Below, in pieces: positions 36,501 through 50,965 of a stretch of 55,118 nucleotides of DNA. Under the pieces are notes generated by a model, which had not been told where the DNA came from, did not search any database, and was given only the letters and a program-made list of their open reading frames with translations. The stretch covers positions 1 to 55,118 of the forward strand of contig MQRK01137262.1 in assembly GCA_001938485.1 (NCBI GenBank), written 5' to 3'. The position numbers and the translations under genes are program-made. Each line of letters starts with the position of its first letter. Positions within the stretch are counted from its first letter, which is position 1. This stretch comes from Girardia tigrina (taxonomy: Eukaryota).

Positions 36501-39500
36501 GGAAAGAAATTTAGATAATATATTGTTAGAATTAATTTGGAAAAACTAAATTATAAATGAATAAACTATCAGGAGTTAGTTATAATTTCACCTCGCCGAA
36601 TAACTTATTTAGAAAATTAAAATTTTATATTAATTTTAAAAATTAAAAATCCAACTTAATTCATAAATCCAAAAACTATACATAAATTTTATAAGACAAA
36701 AGGAGAATTTAAAATTGCAAAAATTAAAACATGTTAATTCAATATTTTTAGAAGTATATATCAAAATTAAAAAGTTAAAAATTTAAAGTTTATAAACCAC
36801 ACAAGAATGGAAATACAGTAAGTCACGACTTACGCGGTTTTGAAATTACGCTGTCAGTAAATGTACGTGTAAAATAATACATGTATATAAATATTTAGTA
36901 AATATTGACGTTAACAATCTAAGTTTAAATTGGATTATATTTTGAAAGTTTTGAATTTATTTCCTCCAACAAATGTTCAATGTGGATGAAACGGAATTGT
37001 TCTAAAATAGGATGCCAGATCGATCTTATATATCTCATGAAGAAAAGAGTAAGCCGGGATATAAAGTAGCAAAGGACAGACTTACGCTGCTGTTTGGTGA
37101 AAATGCCACCGGTGACCACAAGATTAAACCGCTGCTGGTGTACCACAGTGAGAATCCGAGGGCGTTCAAGAATGTAGACAAATCATTCCTTCCTGTTTTT
37201 TGGAAGTCATTCCAAAAGGCATGGGTTACATAAGAGATTTTTGAAGAGTGGTTTCTTTGCCATTTCGTGACAGAAGTTGAAGAATAACCTGCCATTCAAA
37301 GTATTGCTGTTGATTGATAATGCACCTGGTCATCCAATAACAATGCCGAATCATCACCACAACGTTCAAGTAATATTCCTACCATCAAATACAACCTCTC
37401 TTCTTCACCCCAGGAATCAAGGTTTGATTCAGACAGTCAATTATCTACAGACAACATTCAGATAAGTCATATAGGCTACGGAAAGGGAACACGCCAAGAC
37501 ACTGAGGCAATTCCGGAAAGAATATAACATTTATAAAGCTGTAAGCAACATTGGTAGTGAATGGAATGAAGTTATGTCGTTTACAATGAATGTAGTTTGG
37601 AAGAAGCTTACCACTCAGTTCGTGGAAGATATTTTGCGCCCTGAAAAACACGAAGATATCATGGGCGCAAGTTGAACTTATATCTTGAGGAAAGTGACTT
37701 TGTGGAATTGTTGTAAAGTGATTCAAGAGCATTTACCAATAAATAGTTGATGGAACTTGAATAAGTGGATGATGATGAAGCTTGTGAAGAAGAAATGGAA
37801 ACAGAGCCTGTGAAACGATTTGAGACGAAGAAAATGGCGGAATGCTTTAGACTGATTAACAAAGGACTAGTCGGTTTGGAATCTCATGATTCCACGATGG
37901 AAAGATTTCAGAAGGTATTTCAATGTTTTCATGACGCCATTTCATGCTATAAAGTTATTTACAACGAGAAGTAAAAATCTGCAGTTCCAACCTCACTGAC
38001 AACTTCTTTTTTTCCGAAATTAGCATCGACAATATCAGATGACGAGAACGGCAAAAGTGGCAGAGTCTAGATGTACAATGTACATACATGTACCAATAAC
38101 ACCAAAGATACATTGTAAAATGCACATATAAATAAATTACATGTATTAAATTAATTGTAAATATTGATATGTACATGTATATAATATTTAATATATGTAA
38201 AGTAAGTCCCCGATATACGGGGTTTTTAGATTTACGCGGACATTCTAGGAATGAATTATCAGCGTAAGTTGAGGACTTACTATGTGTTAAATTAAATTTT
38301 TCATAACCATATAAAAAATAAAAAAGATATTTTAAAAACATTAAAAATGAATAATAAAAAATCTAAAAAGTTAAATAAATATTTAATAAAAGAAATAAAA
38401 GAAATATAAATATAATTTTAAATATTTAATTTAAAATAATATTCAAATATTCTACAAAATGGACATAGTTTTATCAAGAAACCGTAGTTTGGGCTAAGAT
38501 ACTTTTGTCGTGAGTCTCATACAATTTGACCATTTATTTATGAAATATGCAACGAAAGTTTTTCGTAAAGACCTGTATAAAACAGAGGAAATTTTTGATA
38601 ATTTTAAAATAACTATTTTGATAAATATTATCTCTCTTTTTCTATCTCTATATATATTCCAATTTAATATACTTTAAGGAATTCATTTGTAAAAATGATC
38701 TATTATATAATAACTGTTTCTAAAATATATTTTATCATGTGATTATAAAATAAATTGAAAATCAAATTTATCATTCTATCAAATAAATATTAACTAAACT
38801 GAAAAATATCAATTCCATTAAATATAAGTAAAAACTATGAAGTTATTTTCAGATTCAATTGCACTTTTATAGACATAAAAATTCTGACAGTAATCCTTAA
38901 ACTTGATTGCCGATAGACAGACCATGGGCTCCCGCCGGACAGAATGTGGGATCGAGCGACTGGATGAATAATTGCGGTGTAAAGGAGAGAATTGGTGTTG
39001 TCTGAATCAGTCGATTATTATTCAACGATACCCATCGTTAATTCTTAGGATCTATTAATCACATTTCCATAAAACAGGAGATTTATTTCACTACTTCCTT
39101 TAGTACAGTCATTCTCTCCTCGTCTCGCTATACTCGGGGATTGATGGAATAATGAACTTTCGGGGATGATAAAATCGCTTTTACAATGTTTCAATAAACT
39201 CTAATTCTTTTCTAGAAAAAACGTTTGTAAATTCCTTTAAATGAAATAATTAGCATAAAATTAATATTTTCTTTTACTAATTATTGGATTGATTTGTTAT
39301 TGTAGAGTTCACATATATTAGTAAATGTAATAATAAATCAGAAATGCGGCTCTTCTAAATTTTTAATGTGGCTCTTGAAAAAAATTAGGATATTTCGGTA
39401 ATTGTGTTGAATTAGATGGGAATCCATTTCAAATTGATATAATGATCGAAGAATTTACATTTGCGAAGTATGTATTATCTAACAAAGCTGTTGCAAATAT

Positions 39501-42500
39501 GGAATTAATTGAAATTCAAGATGATCGTGCATTACGGATGTACCACAAATCATCGAAATCTACAATAGAATTTCGGAAAATCTTACCGGATTTGAAATAT
39601 CCTACTTTAAAAAATGCATGTAAATTGATTTCAATTTTCGCTACAATTTACTCTTGTGAATCTTTGTATTCCACAATGAATTTTATTAAATGGAAACATC
39701 GATCCAAACTGACTAATGAACATTAAACTGAACTTATTTGTACGGCATTCACAAGCTTCGAACCGGATTTTAACAGATTTTTAATTAATAAATAAACGTA
39801 AAATAAACATCTGCCGATTAAAAATATATATCTAAAACAGTTCCTTTGTAATGTATAAAAATTTTTAAAAACCTTGGCTTTATATTTACTGTCATATATT
39901 GTGCAATATGTTACGACATTTTTCTTATTGTGGCTCCTAAAAATTGGATATTTTTGATTTGCGGCTCCCGTTGAGATATTTCTGGTCCTGATCGTAATAG
40001 ATCAACATTGACAAAATAATTTAAGACTATTTTTATTAAAAGATCAGGTTTTATATTTTTTATCTTTTTGTACAAATACTAAGATCTCGTTATCCATTAG
40101 CGATTCTGAATAAAAAATATGTATTAAAATGTATTAAATACATTATATGAGATGTTATTTTTGAAATAGTATTGGTTCACTCTAAAAAAGGAGAAAACAG
40201 CAAGATATAAACACTCTTCCATATTTAGAATAATGTATTCATATACAGTCCATAGTTCTATAAACACCAGTGGAATCGATTAGTATTTGCTCTTATTTTT
40301 CCATTTATTCAAATGACCAATCTCTAAATATTCGATAATCGAAAAAATGGACTTGCACTACTACCAAACATAACGGCTCGTTTAAAATCATTAATAAATT
40401 ATAAAGCGGGAAATCGATAGAAATTATACAGTAATTTATTAAAATTATTCTATTTAATATTCAAGTTCTCAAATCCAAATTTCATAAAATTTATATTTTC
40501 GAATTCCGTTATTTTACTATTTATAACTTAATATTTTTTATTTGAATCATAATAATAAAATGAATAAAATTCAAAAGAATAATGAAAATTAAATTAAAAT
40601 AATTTTCTCTATTTTACCAAAGAAAAACTATTTCAAAATATTTTCTTATATAATATTTTCAAAATTGTGTAATTAGTAAGAAATATAATTATTAATTAAT
40701 TTTCGTCCTCCAATAATTGCATTTAATTTGTTTCAGCGCGGTTGTGAAATGGCTCTCGAACACAGCCGAGCAATTGATGTCATTACTCTTTGCCTCTTAC
40801 ATCCCAGCTACCAGTAAGATATTAATTATTACTATTATTATTTTGTAATATTAGTTTTATTATTATTTTGTAATATTTGTTTTTTTTCCATTTCCAACTT
40901 TAAATCAATATTTATTCATAAAAATATTCGAATCTGAACAGTACTCAGTTTTATTCTATGACTCATCGCTCTTTTAAATTTGATTTGTCGATATTCTTCA
41001 TTGAATTTCTGTTAGACAAAACGCGAATGATATCACACCGGTTTGAGGTGATGCCAGATGTCTACTGGACTCGTGCGTGTGTGTATGTGTCTCAATATGT
41101 GTGTGTCTGTGACCGTGTGTATTGCTGTTTTAGTTGGCATGTGCCTTTGGATCAGTTTTTTGTGATTAAAAAAAGCAAAATGGAATTTAATATTAAAATT
41201 TATTGCCAAATGAAAAAATGTTTACAATTTCGAATGATATATAAACATACAATTTGTCTCATTTACCAAATCTTAATTTTAACCTTAATCATTTAATTTA
41301 AATTAAATTCCAAATATAATATTAACAATAAATCATAATTGAATTGGTGCACAATCACCGATCGATCAATATCACCGTGAATCATCTGCGAACAGCATCA
41401 TAATAGATAAATATTATTCAATCGATTCATTTTTTATTTGTGATGTTGATTTATCTATTGATTGAAATCATCATTAAAAGTAAACAAAATTTGAATCAAA
41501 TTTTCTTTTTTTATTATATAAAAAAAAACGATTTTTTTTCGGTTCAATAACGAAAAATTAAAATCTTGTACAAGAAATGATTTATTTAATTTAAGGTTTT
41601 TTTTTGGAATTATAAGTTTAAAAAATCGATTAATTTTGCATTTTTGTTGAATTTGATTTTTTTCGAGTTTTAATTATTTATCCAAAAAATATTTATTTCT
41701 TATTTTTAAAAATTATTTTTTGATAAAATAAAAAAAATTCTTTGGTTAATTTTGGAGATTAGTATTAAATGTATACGGTAACGTTTTGAGGATGTAAATA
41801 ACATAAGTATAATAACTTTCGACTTAGTAAATTTGGAAGAGAGTTTATTAGCTTTTAGAGTCTGAAAGAAAATATTTGAAAATAATATTACAAAATTACG
41901 AAAGAGAAAATATTTTAAAAAATAAGTTAAATGTTTATACTTCTCTTTGGTGTTATTTGGAATTTTACTCAATAATTAAAATATGATGAATAAACGTTTA
42001 TTATTATGTTTTAGGAACATTTAATAAGAATGAAAAAAATCAAAAATCTGTTTTCATCAACATATTGAATGACACAAATAATACAGTCGAGAAATTATTG
42101 CGGTTTTAAAAATTCTTTGGACTTTTATAGAATATTCAAAATTTAGTTCCGAGATCTAGTTCTTTAGTAACTTGTAGCAATAGATATGTCACAGTTTTTG
42201 TTAATGTTTTTTAATTTAATAGTTTTTATTCGTTCTTTAATATTGGCTTTGTCTTGCTGGATTGGTTATACGTGAATTGGAAATAACTATTTGCAAGTTA
42301 ACATCTTAAGCCAAATAAACATTCTTTTTTTGCGATAAGATCACAATTTTACCGTGACACGATATCATTAACAAAATATATTAAAATATAATATGTAATG
42401 AGATAATGATAAATAAAACAGTGAGACACATTCACTATAGCAGTACGAGTGTAATTCAAATAAAATAACGTGACCGCAATCCGGTCGTCATACAATTGAG

Positions 42501-45500
42501 TTGAACAACATGCATAGCCAAACACACCGATTATAGCAAACATTCTTTTATCTAGGATTATCTAACACTATGCTATCTTTTTGAACGCATGAATCTACAC
42601 GCAGGTGCATATTGAGTCCTATTATTGTCGGTGTTTCTGGTTTGAGTTTGTCAAAAAATTAACTTTGCATGCTATAGGAAAAACCGCGATAAAGAATATC
42701 CCAACATAATAATTTTACTTTGTAATTTTATCTTCAGGGTCTGTTGTCTTATATTTTAACAACAAACTATTATTCTACTGTTACAAAGATTATATCAGCA
42801 ACATTTGGGGAATTTAGACACATTCTATTAAAGTATTTGTTTGGAAACATGATCTTTTAGCGTCATAAAAATGATCTGATACGGAATTCACAATATACAG
42901 TAATTAAATGAAACTCGAAATTAGCGTAATATGAACTGTTGTTTGCGTTTATAAATAATGTTTCTGAAATTTGTGAGTTTAATTATAACTTTAAGTTTGA
43001 ATTTATTATCATTGTCTATTGAAGTGTACATTTATTGCTAGAATAATAAAGGAACATTAATTAATTTCTTCGAAAAGGAACTGGAAAGGGAGTAAAGTAA
43101 ACTAAAGGCAGTAAATCGACTGGAAAGATTACCTGATCAAAGTTAGTACCGAAACCATGATTAAAAATACCGTCGTATTGTTGATGAGAACCAAACTGTT
43201 AAAAATGACTAGTCTTTTTTCATTGACGAAAAAATTGTGGTCGTATTTTCCCTCAACTGTGAGTTTGTAGTAAGAAACTGGGGGATTGATTTATTTTACA
43301 AGTTAAATACAACTTAACCATCTAACCGTATGAGCATACCGTTACTTTTGTGGATCCGACAACTGGATGAATACGCAAATCATATCATAATGTTAGAAAT
43401 TCGTTAAATAAAGATCGAGCATCAAAGTTTAAGGAATATGACAATGTTGAATTTATTAGTTTGAAATGAATTTTAAGGATATGGTTACCTCTTGGTGGTC
43501 TACATAACTAAATTACTAAATAAAAACATTTACGAAAAAATAACATAAAGTAAAATAATTTATAAGCTCCATGATTCTTCATTTTTCTTCCTAGGGACTT
43601 AAAAAGTATAATGACAAATATGTCCCCATCTACTGAATTCGTTTCGAATATCCCTCAAAGAAGCGCTACTTATGTGATGAAAAGTGAGGGTAAAGTAGTA
43701 TTGTTTTGGTAGTTCAGTATGGTTTATCTTAAGTTGCATTACGGAGTGTAAGATTAACTGTTACTTACTTCACAGAAATTGAAACTAGTAAAGAAAAAGA
43801 AAATGTAAAATCTAACAAAATAATCAAGAAATAACAATAATAATCATTTTTATTCTATATTTCCTATTCTTCCCCAGAATTATTTATTTCATCGGTCTAA
43901 TTAATGGTTTCATTGAAAAATTTGGAAAACCAAATTTTTTTATAGCTATTATTACAACAATAAAAAATTTTATTTCAGAGAACATTTTTTCTTTTTTGTT
44001 TAAAATCGTATGAATGACAATTTAAAGTTTAATTAAAAGATACTTAGATTTATTAACTTAAAAAAAGGGAGTTAAAAATATGTCCAAAAATAAATCTTTG
44101 TTGATTTGCATTAAAATAGTATTTTCTTCCAATTTTCTTAAATCTTTAACTGAAATATTGTTAATTCAAAATTTAATGTATTCGAAATCTCATATTGTAA
44201 TTACCAATTCAAACCTAACGTAAAACCGTATATAAAATGTATATAGTATATACAGTGTATACAGTTGCACTTATTTTGTCACTTCGTTATGATTTCACGA
44301 GTTTTAAATATTAGAAAATTAATTTTTGGGAATTTTATTTGCTTAGGGAATGTTGATGAAATGAGCGTTATTTTTCTATCTTTATATCCATGGAAATAAA
44401 ATTTTGTGAGAAACGTTCCTGTAATGTTGATTTTGACCTGGTCGAAATTATTGCGATAATATGATACGAAAATATTGTTTTAATTAACAAAGTGTCAAAA
44501 ATCGAATCCAGTTGTAATTTATTCAGGCTATTGATAATTATATTGTTTGAATGAATTCGATTATTCGTCGAGTTAAGCCCATCTTTTTTATTTTACCGTT
44601 ATTAAAATATTAAAATTGAATGTAGAAACAAGAAATTATGATATTATTATTTTGGAAATAAATACAATTTTAGATGACGATAAATATTAATTATTCATTT
44701 TAATCATCAAGTGTATCGTAAATTATTATAATCTTTCGAATAATTATCATTATTATTTATATCTATTTATTCGAAGACTTAGAGAAACGCAATTTTGTAA
44801 AAAAATTTACTTCTAAAATTTTAATTTATAAACTAATTAGCTTGGACTTTTAAAATAGTTTTTGATTTTTTTAAGAAATACCTCGATAAATTGTTCTTTG
44901 TAAAAAATACTCGCAAATTAAAAATTTAAAGGATTTTTTTAGAATTTTTTAAAATTTATAATTATTTTTTCTATATTATATTCCTTTTCAAATGTGTTTT
45001 CTGATATATTATATGATTTTGAATAAATTGATTCTATGGATTTTTTGCACTAATTATTTTATAATCTACTCTTATGATCATCCTTATACAAACCACAATA
45101 TATAGGTGATAAATTCCAAATTCTGTGTAATAATCCTTTTACTTTATTTATATTGTTCTTAGGACCATAGAAACTTTAGAAAATATTGAATAATCCAGTA
45201 TAGTTCTTCTTTTGAAATACTTTTCAAGCATTCTAATTTCAATTTTATCTTTAAAAATTGTAATATTATTTGGTGGTTCAAATTCACAGACTTTTGAATC
45301 ATTGTATCAACTAGAACATATGAACATAATCAACTGAAAAGAAATAGTTTGATTTTCAATCACATTAAAAATGTAAAAATCGAGTAAGGTGAACTATGAG
45401 AGTGACTTCACAATATTGATAAAACATTGTGAAACATATCATGAAAGAATAGTCACTGATGCATTATTAATAAAGCATTTAAAACCATGCTTGGATGTTC

Positions 45501-46342
45501 AATGATTTGTCCAATCATAATAAAGTATTTTAAAATTTATAAATTGCAATTTGAACGAGAAACTTATCATTTTAAAAATTACTCAAAACTTAAACTGAAA
45601 TATGTTTTGTATATTACAATTTGATAAAATGACATCTTTTACTTTTAATATTTTAAAATTAATTATCATTGCGTCCTAGTAAATAAATATTTTTAAATCA
45701 GAAAAGACGTTTCAAGACATATTCATTCTCACTTTTTAGTCAATCTTTATCGTTACTTTTTCTACATCTGGAAATTTAATAAAAGATTAAATCTTTGTAA
45801 TTAATTAATGCCGGAATTATTTTTCCAACAAATCAAAAACTCCTTTGTTTATTAAGGCAAATCTAGTTTATCAATTCAAATGTCACAAGTGCGAAGCCTT
45901 GTACATTGGAGAGACAAGTCGTCATCTCCGCACTAGAATTGCTGAACATACTCAATCGAGTAGAAATAGTTCGAATTGAGTCATATTAAAAGATTCAAAA
46001 GTAGTCTTATGTATTACAATAAAGATTTTAAAGTGATTTAAAATAATTTTGACACAAATTATGAAAGGATTATTGCTGAAGCATTGTTAATAAAGCATCA
46101 TAAACCATGCTTAAAAGTGCAAGGTGATTCATCTAATCATATTAAAGTTTTTAAATATCACTAAAATACTTTTTTTTAAATAAATAAGGAAAAAAAGCAT
46201 GTTTTTGAGACGTATGATGTAATAGTTTTCAACTATATAAATAGTAATTAATCGCTTTATTTCATTGCACTGAACATGCCGAAATGGTGAAACGCATATG
46301 TATTTTGAATAAATTTAATATTCAAAAATGACCTTTGTTTGC

Positions 46343-46380
<38 letters not shown>

Positions 46381-49300
46381 TATATTCCTCCCTATAAAGA
46401 AATAAAGGTAGACGTAGCAAAGGTTTTAGAATGATTTAAAATTATTCTGACATAACACTATTAAAGAATTATTACTGAAGCATCATAAACCATGCTAAAA
46501 TATGAAAGGTGATTTATCCCATTACATTAAAGTATTTTAAAGCATGTTTTCAAGAGATATAACGTAATATTTTTCAACGATATAAATATCAATTACTTAA
46601 GATACTGTAATGGCAGTGAAACCGTTTTGCATTATCAATATTTTTTATTCTTTGGATTATTATCAAAGATATTGTTATTCTAGATAATATATTTGAAACA
46701 ACTAATTTTTATTCTTTATTGTCCATAAATAAAAATCTTTTATTAATATTAAGTAGTACGTAAGAAAAAAATCCATCCGTGACATTTAAATGCAGATGAA
46801 ATAGACAGTCGACAAAAATAATTAGTTTGCTAAAGAAGACAAGCTTAGCATTTACAACTAGAAATAGCAGGAATTGAATGAAGAATATTTATGTCTAATT
46901 ATAATAAAAAACAACAAATTTATGTCCTAATAAAAATGGTTAAAAATATAAGAAAAGTTATACAGAATAATACACAAAAATGTCAAGGTATATCATGTGA
47001 TTAAGTACAAAGTATTTATTCTTTTAAATTTCATCTTCTTAATCATGTATGAATGAAGACACATTTATTATTCCTTATAATCATATCAATACTCGAGGTG
47101 GACAGATTCGATTCTATGTATTTCAATAGGTAAACGAAGAGTATCTTTTTCAAAAACCATTATTAACAAATAGAATTACAAGTTTATAGACTATTAAGAA
47201 CACCAATATGGTTTTCTACACATGCACTTTCATCATAATTTGAATCGTCTTTGGGACAATTCTCAGTTAAGCTTTCGTAATTTGACATCTCGCTAAATTG
47301 ATAAAATTTTGTTAATGTATCTTTAACAAACAATTATTTGAACAAATTTTCATTTTAAATCATTTTCAAATTTTATTTTCAAAATTCTACGTTTATAATT
47401 TCGCTACTAATTTAATCTAAAAATTTATTTAATTTTAAAATGATTTTATTTATTTTTAAATTTAAAATTAAGTTTAAAATTATTTACTTTATCAAACTTT
47501 TTAATATTCAAATTTTACAAGATTTAATATTTTAAAAGTTTTTAAATATCTTACGTTTAATATTCAACAGAAGTTAGAATGTTTGAAATCAAAAACCTAT
47601 CCAGTTCTATATTAACGTAAATATAATTTTTAAATTATTGATTGGACAGAAAATTTGACAATAACCGAAAAAAAATGATAATCTGATAGATAAATGTCTA
47701 GACTCCAGACTAGACGGTAGATGTGACAGAATAACCCGGGAAAATTATATCGCTGGTGTTGTTTACAATATGTAGTCATGCGTTATTATGGAGCAGTAAA
47801 ATTCCATTTATGTTTTCAAATAAAGCTCTGGTGAACTATAGTAATCTGAGCAGAATTTTTATGTCTCAAGAAGATAATCCACATAGACGATTTCCAGTTA
47901 ATTTTAACAGCCCATAGCCATAGTTTTGCTCTGAATATCTTTATTTGCACTTGTTTCTGGAGCAACCTATCTTGGATCCGTTGCCGTTATCTTAAGAGTT
48001 TGCAATAGGTCACCTATTTTATGTCACAGTTGAAAATTTGATCATTGAAAGGATTGCTAGTTGAACATGCAAACAACTTTAGATGGTGAAACGAGTTATT
48101 TTTTTGTTTTCTCTCAACATATACGATAGTCAGTTATCGAGCTTTAAAAAAACCAATACCATGAAGGCGTTTACTGACAGTTCATTTATCACATTATGAT
48201 AATTTCGCATTTGTTACATTTTGCTTGTGTATTTTCATCCACACAGTTTCAAATGTCTTCGCCTTTACATGCCAATGAACACCATGAATGTGACTAGTTT
48301 TAAAGATTTTCAATTTCCTGATTTAAAGTGATGAAACTGAAAACGTTTACAGAGTCTTAACTTAAAGCATTTCGTATTTTTCTGGCAGCTTCAGATATGC
48401 TTTTTCACTATTTTTTGTGCAAAATAGTATAAATTTGAAAACTTTAATGCTCCATTTGATGTGCAAAATAATTACTAGTAAATTTATTATTTAATGTAAA
48501 AATGTTTTCATTAAAACAAGCAAAACAAAAACTTTCAAAAACTAAGTAAGGTTTACAAAAAATTGGTATGATTTTCCTTTGTAATGGTATAACAGGAAAA
48601 ACGTTAATTACTTTTTTCGGTGCCTATGACATAGATATATAATGATTGTATTGATTACAGAATTTCTGTCGACAAATAATGAAAACAAAACTAACACTTA
48701 TTAATCAAAGTATGATTCTCCTTTTTATTGATGTACAAGGGAAAAATAATTTTCCGTTACATAATATGTATAATATTTGACAATTGGTAAGTGATACTAT
48801 CTTTATTTTACATACTTACCTATCTAATCTGCTCCATAAACTTATGTTTAACAACAAAGGTATTTAATTAATATACAGATATTGGAAGATTTTTCTGTCA
48901 ATCCCTAATGTTTGATGTAATATTTACTAACATGATGATAAATTCACAAAGATACGTGAAAGTTGCTCATAGGTACAAGTTCTATAGAAATCAAGAATTC
49001 CGTATTGAATAACATTTATATGTATGCTTTCTTAGTCTTATTTTATTTATATGTCTACTCATTAGTATGACATTTAAATTCAAGTTTTAAACAAACTTAG
49101 CGTAAAATATCATTGGAATTCAACATCGAAATACCGGTATTTAATATTAATGATCGTTTAACGCTAATTAATGAATGCATTGAAATAAAATAATAGGAAC
49201 AATTTTTGTTTGTCTTTAGAACTCGTGTTTCTGGTTTTAGTTATATATTTAATTAAAGTAATTAGTCAATTTTTATTGTACTCGTAAATATACGAAATAA

Positions 49301-50927
49301 GATTAAAAATTCATGCAATGTTTTCTTTAATTTAATTAAACTTCAATATCTGGAAGCGAAATGTTTGATCGTTCTTCCTTTGAATTGTTAATACATATTT
49401 TAACATAATGTTTCATATATTCGATAGAATACGACCTGTATGTAACGAATATAAATATGGTTTATTCGTTGATTAAATCAAATTAATTATTGAAGAATTT
49501 AAATGTATAAATATTATTGATTTACATTGTCGTTTATTATCATTATATACGTACCAATGTAAGTATAAAATATATATTAATATAAAATGTATAAAAAAAT
49601 TTGAAATAAAATCGTAAGATAGTATTATTTATCTATTATTGATAACTTAAAAAAATAAGTTTTCGCAAAGATTCTTTTCCTTGAGCACTTTTTACCGTTG
49701 GAAGAGCGAAATTCTAAGAGCGAGTTCTAAATAATAAAGAGTTATTATTAAATAATAAAAATAAAAAGAATAATAAAATGCAAACAATTTTATAGTTTTC
49801 TATTGATTTACTTTAACAAAATATTATTAAAATGATGGTTATGAATCATATTAAAAAAATCGAAAAATATTATTGTAAATTATTGTATAATTTTACCGGC
49901 ATGCAAAAATAAGACATCTGATGTAAAATAAAATAACAAAAAAATTTTAGATATGTAAAAGATTCCAATATGTATGAAAAGTTTACGATTTTGAAATAAT
50001 TAAAGAGCAATTACTGTTGCGGCAGCAGCGCAGTGGAAGCTTATATCATATCTTGACCTCCTGCGGGTCACCAAGGGGAGAGGAAAGTGTTCGATCACCT
50101 CATTGTCATTTTTATTATCATTTATATTTTGGCTAAATTTCCTATTTTTATTATTTTTATTAATATTGTTACTCTTATTTTTGCTATTATTTTTATTTTT
50201 ATTTTTATCATTATTATCATTTATTTTTACATAAATAAATATAATAATTATACAAGGACATACACTCATTAATCATCCGAACGCACCGACCGATTTGGGA
50301 ATATCTGAACACTTGATCTTTCTTTCGCAATCATTAGAACAACTTGAGGAGCCACCGATGAAATAATCTGGTTGAAATAATTTCCCAAGAATCGAATTCA
50401 GATCGTGATCGAAAGTGGTACAATTCAACTCAACCATGACGCTGATCGGCGCACACTCTCCATGAACTCCCGAAGTAACGTAAACGTCGTATCTCTGCAA
50501 TCGCGAATCACTGTCGCTTTCGTGAACACCAATGGTCGGTTTGACACCGTGTTTGTTGGTGATTATTTCCCAAGACTTCGTTCCCATACTGTTTCTACAA
50601 CTTTGAATTATTCTCATAAATTCATACCATTTATCATGAATGTCTTCACAAATTTTGATATACAATCTCCGATTGATAATTTTTACATGATTATTTTCAA
50701 ACGTCTTTACAAAATAATCCACATTAAAAATATAGTCGAATGGCATGAATAATTTTCTTAGATAATAATTGAAATCAATATCTCTCGTATAAAACTCTTA
50801 TTATTATTACATTTACAAATTAGCGGAGTTACCGCGAATATAAAAACAATTTTAAACGTTTTAAACAAACGTTAATTTCAAATATATATCTATATATAAC
50901 CATCATATAAATATATATATATATATA

Positions 50928-50965
<38 letters not shown>

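Larger units (their letters stand above)
45250..46620 (+). mobile_element. Penelope-like element 3' ends (GIY-YIG endonuclease) in three partial tandem copies
   Basis: [30 protein letters not shown]...[12 protein letters not shown] at ~45840-46164. The C-terminal part recurs at ~45390-45545 and ~46440-46540. Confidence 0.85.

Noticed and set aside
41028-41056. miR-2-like sequence TATCACACCGG
   Set aside because: The seed differs from ATCACAG and the hairpin is too short for a pre-miRNA.
50054-50100. HDV-like ribozyme or RNase P motif (GACCTCCTGCGGGTC; GAGGAAAGT)
   Set aside because: I could not build P1/P2 of the double pseudoknot or the rest of an RNase P core.
50087-50272. Hydrophobic Ile/Phe-rich ORF (similar ones at 7763 N-terminus, 27872, 41706)
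   Set aside because: Low-complexity AT-rich sequence translates to I/F/N/K by composition alone.
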